64,000 bases of DNA from Acidimicrobiales bacterium. Lineage in GTDB: Bacteria > Actinomycetota > Acidimicrobiia > Acidimicrobiales > SZUA-35. The stretch is taken from positions 4,988-68,987 of the forward strand of contig JBKECK010000054.1 of assembly GCA_047974625.1 (NCBI GenBank), read 5' to 3'. Numbering within the stretch: the first letter of the stretch is position 1; the number at the start of each line of letters is the position of its first letter. The position numbers were made by a program, and so were the translations under genes. The notes below the pieces were generated by a model. It was not told the origin of the DNA and made no database searches. It was given only the letters and a program-made list of their open reading frames with translations. This document shows, piece by piece, positions 16,495 to 23,588 of this stretch.

Positions 16495-16884
16495 ATGGCT
16501 CACGACCCCGGCCGGCTTGATCCGGCGCTCGCAGCCTTCCTGGCCGAACGCCATCTCGGCACCCTCACCACCCTGCGGCCCGACGGGTCGCCCCATGTGG
16601 TCGCGATCGGGTTCTCCTTCGACCCCAGCTCTGGTGTGGCCCGCGTGATCACCTTCGCCTCGAGTGTGAAGGCGGCCAACGCGGCCCGTGGCGGCCGGGC
16701 CGCGGTGGCCCAGGTCGACGGCGGCCGCTGGCTGTCGCTAGAGGGCCCGGTGCGGCTCGTGACCGACCCGGACGGGGTGGCGGCCGCCGTGGCCGGGTAC
16801 ACGGCCCGGTACCGCCGGCCCAAGGAACGGCCGGATCGGGTGGCGATCGAGATCAGTGTGGAACGGATCCTCGGCCGAGCCTGA
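16495..16884 (+). CDS. PPOX-class (pyridoxamine 5'-phosphate oxidase-like), probably F420-dependent, protein
   Basis: 129 aa. LGTLTTLRPDGSPHVVAIGFSF...ARVITF...A.V.QVDGGRWLSLEG fits the small split-barrel flavin/F420 family. This family is commonly paired with CGNR proteins. Confidence 0.7.
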   Translation: MAHDPGRLDPALAAFLAERHLGTLTTLRPDGSPHVVAIGFSFDPSSGVARVITFASSVKAANAARGGRAAVAQVDGGRWLSLEGPVRLVTDPDGVAAAVAGYTARYRRPKERPDRVAIEISVERILGRA

Positions 16885-16901
16885 CGGGGCCCGCCGACCG
16901 G

Positions 16902-17738
16902 TCAGGTCTGGTCGACCGGACACGACCAGGTGCTCCGGCCCCCCACGGTGGTCTTCACCATCTCGCTCCCGCACCGGGGGCACCGCCCCCCGGCCCGGCG
17001 GTGTTCGATGACCTCGCCGGTGTGGACACCACCGTGTTCGAGGGCGGCGTCGGTGGCGGCCCGGAGGGCGTCGTAGAGCCGGTCGAGGTCGTCGTCGGCC
17101 AACTGGTTGACCCGGCGTCCGGGATGGATGCCGGCCTGCCACAGGGTCTCGTCGGCCAGGAGGTTGCCGACCCCGGCGATCATGCCCTGGTCCAGCAGCC
17201 GGGCCTTCACCGGGGCCCGGCCCGCCCCCACCCGGGCGGCGAAGGTGGCCCGATCCACCTCGTGGGCGTCCGGTCCCAGCCGGTCGAGGTCCGGATCGAG
17301 CACCACCCGGCCCAGGCGCCGCTTGTCGAACAGCCGGAGCGAGCCGCCGTCCCGGAACCCGATCCGGAACCGGACCCAGCCGGGATGTTCGTCGGCCTCG
17401 GCCGACGCCGAACCGACCCGGGGGCCGAGATAGTCGCCGCCCTCGGTGACGGCCCCGTCGGGCCCGGTGACCAGGATGCGGCCGCTCATGCCCAGGTGGA
17501 GCCCGAGCACGGGGCCCGGGGTGGAGGAACCGGCCAGCGGTGAGGTGTCGCACCAGAGGGCCTTGCCCCGGCGGTGCACGGCGGTGAGGGTCCGACCGAT
17601 CAGGGCGGTGGCGATCTCGCCGGGCTGGTGGGGTCGGCATTCGTAGGTGTCGGTGTCGTCCACCGAGGAGATCGGGCGGTGGAGAGCGGCGGCGGCGATG
17701 GCGGCACGGGCGCCCTCCACCTCGGGCAGTTCGGGCAT
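16902..17738 (-). CDS. Fpg/Nei family DNA glycosylase (formamidopyrimidine-DNA glycosylase / endonuclease VIII)
   Basis: ORF 16902..17819(-). ATG 17738 gives the canonical MPELPEVE N-terminus. The C-terminal zinc finger is CPRCGSEMVKTTVGGRSTWSCP. Confidence 0.9.
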   Translation of the reverse strand: MPELPEVEGARAAIAAAALHRPISSVDDTDTYECRPHQPGEIATALIGRTLTAVHRRGKALWCDTSPLAGSSTPGPVLGLHLGMSGRILVTGPDGAVTEGGDYLGPRVGSASAEADEHPGWVRFRIGFRDGGSLRLFDKRRLGRVVLDPDLDRLGPDAHEVDRATFAARVGAGRAPVKARLLDQGMIAGVGNLLADETLWQAGIHPGRRVNQLADDDLDRLYDALRAATDAALEHGGVHTGEVIEHRRAGGRCPRCGSEMVKTTVGGRSTWSCPVDQT

Positions 17739-17811
17739 CGGCCCAGTCTGGCCCGTCCGGGCCGGACCGGGGCGTTGGGTGAGCGGTCCCGGCGTCGGCC
17801 ACACTGGGGCG

Positions 17812-18234
17812 ATGTTCACCGCTATCGATCATGTGGGGATCGCCGTCCCCGATCTCGACGAGGCCTTGGCCTTCTACGCCGAGAACTTCGATCTTCGTTC
17901 GGTCCACGAGGAGGTCAACGAGGAGCAGGGGGTCCGCGAGGCCATGCTCTCGGTGGGCGATTCCGGCTCCTGCATCCAGCTGCTGGCCCCCCTGCGGCCG
18001 GACTCCCCCATCGGCAAGTTCCTCGACCGGTCCGGTCCCGGCATCCAGCAGATGGCCTACCGGGTCGACGACCTCGACGAGGTGTGCGCCACCCTGCGGG
18101 GGCGCGGGGTCCGGCTGCTCTACGAGGATCCCCGCCGCGGCACCGCCGACTCCCGGATCAACTTCATCCATCCGAAGGACGCCGGCGGGGTCTTGGTCGA
18201 GCTGGTCGAACCGGCGGCCGGGGCCGGACACTGA
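17812..18234 (+). CDS. mce: Methylmalonyl-CoA epimerase (VOC fold)
   Basis: From ORF 17647..18234, ATG 17812. MFTAIDHVGIAVPDLDEALAFY...IQQMAYRVDDLD...INFIHPKDAGGVLVELVE. Confidence 0.85.
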   Translation: MFTAIDHVGIAVPDLDEALAFYAENFDLRSVHEEVNEEQGVREAMLSVGDSGSCIQLLAPLRPDSPIGKFLDRSGPGIQQMAYRVDDLDEVCATLRGRGVRLLYEDPRRGTADSRINFIHPKDAGGVLVELVEPAAGAGH

Positions 18235-18236
18235 GC

Positions 18237-18977
18237 ATGACCTCCGGGACGTTCGATCCGACCACCGTCGACGCCGTGGTGTTCGACATCGGTGGGGTAT
18301 TCCTGTTCCCCCACCCCGAACCCGTCCGGGAGCACTTCCGCACCGAGCAGGTGCCCACTCCGGACGACGACGACGCCTACGTGCGGGCCCACCACGCCGG
18401 GGTCCGGGAGCTGAGCCGACACCTCGAGGTCAGCGGTGCCCCCGACAACTACGCGCCGGAGTACTGGGAGCACTACGGCCGGGCCTACGGGCGGGCCCTG
18501 GGGATCGACGACGCGGCCGTGCTGGAGCGGTTCGCGGTGGCCGCGGTCCGCTCGTGGACCTGGGCCCACGAGGCCAACATCGCCGCCTTCCACTCCCTGG
18601 CCGGGCTCGACCGCTTCCCCCTGGCCATCGTCAGCAACAACGACGGGACCGCAGCCGAACAACTGGTCGACTTCGGGGTGTGCCAGACCGGCCCCGGGCC
18701 CCTCCCGTCGGTGGCGGTGGTCACCGATTCGACCCGGGTCGGGGTGGCCAAACCCGACCCGGCCATCTTCCTGGACGCCGTGGACGCCGTCGACACCTCC
18801 CGGGACCGGATCCTCTATGTCGGCGACACCGTCCACGCCGATGTGGTCGGAGCCACCCGAGCCGGCCTCCAGGTGGTCCAGCTCGACCCGTACGACCACC
18901 ACGCCGATCGGGCCCACAGCCGGGCCGCGGACGTGGCCGAGGTGGTCGATCGGTTGGTCACCGCCCAGCCGGCCTGA
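18237..18977 (+). CDS. HAD-superfamily hydrolase (subfamily IA-like)
   Basis: From ORF 17574..18977, ATG 18237. VVFDIGGVF (motif I variant), IVSNN, KPDPAIF and YVGDTVHADV are present. Confidence 0.75.
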   Translation: MTSGTFDPTTVDAVVFDIGGVFLFPHPEPVREHFRTEQVPTPDDDDAYVRAHHAGVRELSRHLEVSGAPDNYAPEYWEHYGRAYGRALGIDDAAVLERFAVAAVRSWTWAHEANIAAFHSLAGLDRFPLAIVSNNDGTAAEQLVDFGVCQTGPGPLPSVAVVTDSTRVGVAKPDPAIFLDAVDAVDTSRDRILYVGDTVHADVVGATRAGLQVVQLDPYDHHADRAHSRAADVAEVVDRLVTAQPA

Positions 18978-18994
18978 TCGCCGGCGCGCCCCGT

Positions 18995-19510
18995 TCAGCC
19001 GGAACCGAGCTCGAGGATCCGGTCGGCCCGGGCCCGGGCCACCGGCCGGTTCGAGGCGGCCAGCACCGTCATACCGGCCGTGGCCAGTCGGTCCCACAGG
19101 GCGATCTCGGTGTCGATGTCCAGGGCGCTGGTCAGGTCGTCGAGCACGAGGAGCTCGGGCTCGTGGACCAGGGCCCGGGCCCCGGCCGCCCGCTGGGCCT
19201 GGCCTCCGCTGAGCCGGAGCCCGCGGGACCCGATGAGGGTGTCGAGGCCGTCGGGCATGGCCGCCACGTCGGCCTCCCCGCCACGTCGGCCTCCAGGCGG
19301 CCAGGCGGATCGCCTCGGTCAGAGCCCCGTCGCCCAGATCGTGGCCGAGCCGGAGGTTGTCGCCCAGCGACTCGGCGAACAGGCGGGGCACCTGAGCCAC
19401 GGACGCGCACCAGCCCCCGTTCGACGACCAGGTCGATCCCGTGGAGGTGGCGCGACGGCACGGTGAGGCCCCGGACCTCCAGGCGGTCCGGGGGTAGCCG
19501 AGCCGGCCGT
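18995..19510 (-). pseudogene. Decayed ABC-transporter ATP-binding domain (frameshifted, Walker A deleted, no TMD)
   Basis: Pieces of one NBD lie in different minus-strand frames. LEVRGLTV..LHGIDLVVERG comes first. VAQVPRLFAESLGDNLRLG (Q-loop) follows only ~5 codons later, so the ~45 aa containing GxxGxGKS/T are absent. ORF 18995..19267 then carries LSGGQAQR, LLVLDD and SNR where the H-loop His is expected. A 17-bp tandem duplication sits at the frame break. Confidence 0.8.
19261..19294. repeat. Perfect 17-bp tandem duplication (ccgccacgtcggcctcc x2)
   Basis: Seen directly: 19261-19277 is identical to 19278-19294. It lies inside the ABC pseudogene between the Q-loop piece and the signature-motif piece. 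Confidence 0.95.
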
Positions 19511-19670
19511 CCGGGCCCGGGAACCGGCGGTCCCCCGAGGATCGATATCGGCTGGTGGCCGACCAGGGGGTGGACCCGGGCCCGGGTGCTGTCGGCGGGG
19601 CCACCAGAACCTCCATCCGCCCGGCCGACACGTCGTGGCGGCGGCGATGGATCAGTGATTTCGGCGTTGA

Positions 19671-21698
19671 TCAGCCAGGCGGGGGCGAGCCGTACACCTG
19701 GGCCACCCGGTGGGCCAGGGCCCCGACCGCATCGGGGTCGAGACCGACCCCGGAGGGCAGCGAGATGACCGAGGCGTGGATCCGGGCCGACACCGGACGC
19801 GGTTCGCCCAGGCCCAGCAGGGCGGCCTGGGACGGGAACTGGGCGGCCGCGCCCACGCCGGCGCGGCCGAGCTCGGCCACGAGGTCGTCGCGGGACCAGG
19901 GCGAAGCGGGGGGCAGGAGGAACGGGGCGTGGACCCGGGTGCTGCGGCCGTGCTCGTGTTGGGGTTCGAACCCCAACGGCTCCAGGATCTGCCGGTACCG
20001 GTCGTAGATCCGGCGCAACCGGGACGTGTTGCCGGCCAGTTGGGGCCACGCCTCCACCAGGTAGGCCCCGTTGATCTCGGGCAGGAGGGCCTGACGGGTC
20101 AGGAAACGCGGCTCGGTCCGGAGTCGTTCGATCTGCCGACGCGGCCCGATCAGGGCGCCGCCCATACCCGCGGCGTGCACCGGCTTGGTGAACGAAAAGC
20201 TCACGGCGACCAGATCGACGATCCCGGCCACCCTCTGGCCGTGGCGGTCGGCCCCCAGGCTCTCGCAGGCGTCGACGATGAGGGGCACCCCGGCCGATCG
20301 GCACCGGTCGGCCAGGCCCGGCCAGTCACACGGAGTGCCGTAGTTGTCCACGGCGACCACGGCGTCGATCCCACCCTCGTCCAGGTGTCGGCCGACCTCG
20401 ACCGGATCGATGTTGAAGTCGTCGGGTCGGACGTCGACGAGCAGGGGCCGGGCCCCGAGGAGGAGGACGCTGGCGGCGACGGCGTGGAAGGCGTGGTCGG
20501 GCACGATCACCGTGGAACCGGGGCCCACGCCGCAGAGCTGCAGGCCGCGCACGAGGGCATCGGTGCCCGACCGCAACATCACCAGGTCCTGGTGGTCGCG
20601 GAGGCCGATCTCGGTGGCCAGCAGGGCGGCGGCCCGGTCGGCCCAGCCGCCGGCGACCCGGTAGCTGCCGGTGCGGACCAGCCGGTCAACCGACCGGTCG
20701 AACGCGGCCCGGGCCCGGCCGTCCAGCCCGCCCGGTGTGACGAGCGGGGCGGTGGCGGCCCGGGTTCGCCCGGCGATGAGCCGGTTGCGGTCCGGCCCGA
20801 GGAGGACCCGGGGCCGGTGGTAGGCGATAGTGCGGGCCAGCCGGTCGATGCCCTCCTCGAGGGACCACCGGTACCCGAAACCAAGCGAGATCAGGACCGA
20901 GGGATCCATGGTGTACGAGGTGTCATCGGCCGGGTCGCCCAGGCGGACCGGGAGACCGAGGCGGTGGCCGATCAGGTGGGCCACCTCGGCCACCGTCCGG
21001 TTGCCGTCGGGATGGACCACATTCGCCACCGGGGGCACATCGCCGTCGAGTTCGGCCGCGAACAGGGCGGCGCGGGCCATGTCGTCGACACACACGAACG
21101 GGCGGGCGGCCGCCCCGTCGGACTCCAGGGTCAGGCTCCCCTCCACCACCCCGGAGTGGGTGAGCCGGTTGACCACCAGGTCGAACCGGGTGGCGGGACT
21201 CGCACCGAAGCCGGATCCGAACCGCAGGGCGACGGGGGTGAACCCGTCGGATCGGAGGGCCAGTACGCCGGCCTCGGCCGCCGCCTTGGTCTCACCGAAC
21301 AGATCACGGGGGGCCAGGGGTTCGTCCTCACGGGCCGGTTCGGGGGTCCGACCGTAGACGGCCGCGCTCGAGGCGTGGACGAACCGGCCGACCCCGGCCT
21401 GACGGCACCGCCGGGCCAGTTCGACCGTCGCCCGCACGTTGAGGTCCACGGCGTCGGCGGGGAAGGCGGCGCAGCTTCCCGGATCGGGGAAGGCGGCCAG
21501 ATGGAACACCAGGTCGAACCCGGTCAGGTCGTCGACGGTGAGCGCCTCGACGCCGCGCCCGTCGCCCGGCCGGAACCATCCCCGGTCACAGCCCACGAGT
21601 TCGTAGCCGTGGCGCAGGAGCAACCCGGTGAGCACCGAACCGACGTAACCTCGATCGGCGGTCACCAAGGCTCGGCGCCCAGCACGGAATGAGGCCAT
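19671..21698 (-). CDS. Fusion protein: SDR epimerase/dehydratase-like domain (degenerate active site) + DegT/DnrJ/EryC1/StrS-type sugar aminotransferase
   Basis: ORF 19671..21776(-), ATG 21698. The N-terminal half (FVHASSAAVYG, RFGSGFG) is extended-SDR-like, but has VTADRGYVG in place of TGGAGFIG and LFGETKAAAE in place of YxxxK. The C-terminal half (SGTDALVRGL, VDNYG, VAVSFSFTKPVHAAGMGGAL) is a DegT-type PLP enzyme. Confidence 0.8.
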   Translation of the reverse strand: MASFRAGRRALVTADRGYVGSVLTGLLLRHGYELVGCDRGWFRPGDGRGVEALTVDDLTGFDLVFHLAAFPDPGSCAAFPADAVDLNVRATVELARRCRQAGVGRFVHASSAAVYGRTPEPAREDEPLAPRDLFGETKAAAEAGVLALRSDGFTPVALRFGSGFGASPATRFDLVVNRLTHSGVVEGSLTLESDGAAARPFVCVDDMARAALFAAELDGDVPPVANVVHPDGNRTVAEVAHLIGHRLGLPVRLGDPADDTSYTMDPSVLISLGFGYRWSLEEGIDRLARTIAYHRPRVLLGPDRNRLIAGRTRAATAPLVTPGGLDGRARAAFDRSVDRLVRTGSYRVAGGWADRAAALLATEIGLRDHQDLVMLRSGTDALVRGLQLCGVGPGSTVIVPDHAFHAVAASVLLLGARPLLVDVRPDDFNIDPVEVGRHLDEGGIDAVVAVDNYGTPCDWPGLADRCRSAGVPLIVDACESLGADRHGQRVAGIVDLVAVSFSFTKPVHAAGMGGALIGPRRQIERLRTEPRFLTRQALLPEINGAYLVEAWPQLAGNTSRLRRIYDRYRQILEPLGFEPQHEHGRSTRVHAPFLLPPASPWSRDDLVAELGRAGVGAAAQFPSQAALLGLGEPRPVSARIHASVISLPSGVGLDPDAVGALAHRVAQVYGSPPPG

Positions 21699-21797
21699 GG
21701 AAGCACTGAACGTAGTGAGCACGACGGACCTGTGTCCAACGCCGTCCCCGGGCGCCGGTCGGGCCGGTGGCGCCACCCACCCGTCCCGGCCCGGTGG

Positions 21798-21831
21798 GCG
21801 GACCGACCGATGATGCGGACCGACCGATGAT
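21798..21831. repeat. Perfect 17-bp tandem duplication (gcggaccgaccgatgat x2)
   Basis: Seen directly: 21798-21814 is identical to 21815-21831. The second copy carries the ATG (21827) I use for the Alg14-like gene. The first copy creates ATGATG at 21810. Confidence 0.95.
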
Positions 21832-22294
21832 CCAGCGGGCGTCGGCCGCGGCCATGTTCGTCTCCAGCCCGGGCGGTGTGCTCCTCGACGCCGTGGCCGT
21901 GGCCGACGCCTGGGTCGGCCCGGTGGCCTGGACGGCCACCGACGCCCCGGACACCAGGGAACGGCTCGACGGCCGGGACGTGGACTGGGTCCAGACCGAA
22001 CCCGCCGGCCGCGCCCCCCGGGACCTCCTGGCCGAGACCCGCCGGGCCCGTCGCGTCCTGGTCGACCGCGACACGGAGTGGGTGGTGTCGGCGGGCACGG
22101 CCCTGGCCGTACCCTGGTTCGCGGCCGCCGCCGGCCTGTCGATACCGAGCCTCTGGATCGAGACCCTCAACCTCCACGGGCGCCAGGGTCGTGCCGCGGC
22201 GATCTGCAGCCGCCTGGCCGAGCGGGTCCTGGTCCAGCGGCCGGACCGCCTGCTGGCCCACCGCCGGGCCGTGCTGGTGGGTGAGCTCTACTGA
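21827..22294 (+). CDS. Alg14-like / PssD-type glycosyltransferase membrane-anchoring subunit
   Basis: ORF 21767..22294. MFVSSPGG...WVVSAGTALAVPWFAAAAGLSIPSLWIETLNLHGRQGRAAAICSRLAERVLVQ resembles Alg14/PssD/Cps14F (STGAG.AVP...A.LLG...IYIES.AR). Start is uncertain (GTG 21767, ATG 21827 or ATG 21854). Confidence 0.65.
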   Translation: MIQRASAAAMFVSSPGGVLLDAVAVADAWVGPVAWTATDAPDTRERLDGRDVDWVQTEPAGRAPRDLLAETRRARRVLVDRDTEWVVSAGTALAVPWFAAAAGLSIPSLWIETLNLHGRQGRAAAICSRLAERVLVQRPDRLLAHRRAVLVGELY

Positions 22295-22307
22295 TGGGTT
22301 CAGAGTA

Positions 22308-23588
22308 ATGGCCCGTGTCTTCGCCACCGTGGGCATGGGGCCCTGGCCCTTCGACCGTCTGGTCGACGCCCTGGAGGCCGTCTCGGCCGACCACGACGTC
22401 TTCGCCCAGATCGGAACGACCACCCGGACCCCCACCTACCCCCACCGGCGGTTCATCGACCCGTCGGAGTTCGATCGGCGCCTGGCCGAGGCCGACGTCG
22501 TCATCACCCACGCCGGGAACACCGTCCGTGTGGTCCAGCGGACCGGCCGGGTCCCGATCACCATCGCCCGGGAGGCGGCCCGGGGGGAGATGGCCAACGA
22601 CCACCAGGTCCGGTTCGTCGAGCACGAGCGGTCCCGCAGCCCGATCATCGTGCTCGACGGCGACCTCTCCGGGCTCGGGGCGGCGGTCGACGGCTTCGAC
22701 GCCCTGGCCGGGACGGTCGGGCAACGGCCCGTCCCTCATCGTTCCCGGCCCGCTGAGGTCACCCGCCTGCTCACTCCCCTGTGGCGGGACACCCGACGCA
22801 CCAACCCCCTGCACGACGACCCCACCCGCCGACTCTCCTGGTCGTTCGCCCAGCTCGCCGACCTGGACGGGCCCCACCTCGATCTCGGCTGCGGAGCGGG
22901 TGCGCTGGTGACGGCCCTGAGCGGGCACACCGACCGCCCCGTGGTGGGCGCCGACCCGATGCCCCGGGCCGGGCCGGGGGTGGTGGGCCTCGTCCGGATC
23001 GGGGGCCGCGATCCCCTGCCCTTCCCCGACGCGGCCTTCACCTCGGTCTCGATGCTGGATTCCCTCGAACACGTCTGGGACGAGTCGGCCGTCCTGGCTG
23101 AGGTCCGACGGGTGCTGGCTCCGGGCGGGCACCTCGTGGTCACGGTGCCGCGGCGGCACTGGCTCGGCTTCCTCGACCCGGACAACGCCAAGTTCCGGTG
23201 GCCCCGCCTGCACCGCCGGGCGTATTCCCTCCGGTTCGGAGCGGCCACCCACCACCGCCGGTTCGTCGACCGGGACGACGGTATGTGCGGTGACCTGGCG
23301 GTGGAACGGGGTGAACACCACCATTACGGGGCGGCCGAGCTGTTCGAACGCCTCGACGGGGCCGGGTTCGACGTGGTCGGGTGCGACGCCGCCAACCTGT
23401 GGTGGCGGCTGGCCGACGTGCCCCGACTGCTGCTGCCGGAGTCGCTTCGGCGCCTCACCCACCCGATACTGAGGGTGGACGCCCGGTGGTTCCACCAGGC
23501 CAACCTGTTCGTCGTAGCGACGCGGGGCCGAGGAGCACCCCGGGCCGGCGCCGTTCCCGGCCCCGAAAGGACGACATGGCGGCAGTGA
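22308..23588 (+). CDS. Fusion protein: Alg13-like / PssE-type glycosyltransferase catalytic half (GT28 C-terminal-like) + class I SAM-dependent methyltransferase
   Basis: From ORF 21876..23588, ATG 22308. The N-terminus MARVFATVGMGPWPFDRLVDAL...VFAQIG...VITHAGNTV is Alg13/PssE-like. The C-terminal half (HLDLGCGAGALVTAL, VLAPGGHLVVTVP) is a Methyltransf_11-like domain. Confidence 0.7.
   Translation: MARVFATVGMGPWPFDRLVDALEAVSADHDVFAQIGTTTRTPTYPHRRFIDPSEFDRRLAEADVVITHAGNTVRVVQRTGRVPITIAREAARGEMANDHQVRFVEHERSRSPIIVLDGDLSGLGAAVDGFDALAGTVGQRPVPHRSRPAEVTRLLTPLWRDTRRTNPLHDDPTRRLSWSFAQLADLDGPHLDLGCGAGALVTALSGHTDRPVVGADPMPRAGPGVVGLVRIGGRDPLPFPDAAFTSVSMLDSLEHVWDESAVLAEVRRVLAPGGHLVVTVPRRHWLGFLDPDNAKFRWPRLHRRAYSLRFGAATHHRRFVDRDDGMCGDLAVERGEHHHYGAAELFERLDGAGFDVVGCDAANLWWRLADVPRLLLPESLRRLTHPILRVDARWFHQANLFVVATRGRGAPRAGAVPGPERTTWRQ

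Noticed and set aside
19958-19977. 20-bp perfect palindrome GTTGGGGTTCGAACCCCAAC resembling a tRNA T-arm (GGTTCGAA)
   Set aside because: The loop would be 6 nt rather than 7. I could build no acceptor, D or anticodon arms from the flanks. It lies inside the aminotransferase coding region (…LEPLGFEPQHEH…). I saw no tRNA-like cloverleaf anywhere in the window.
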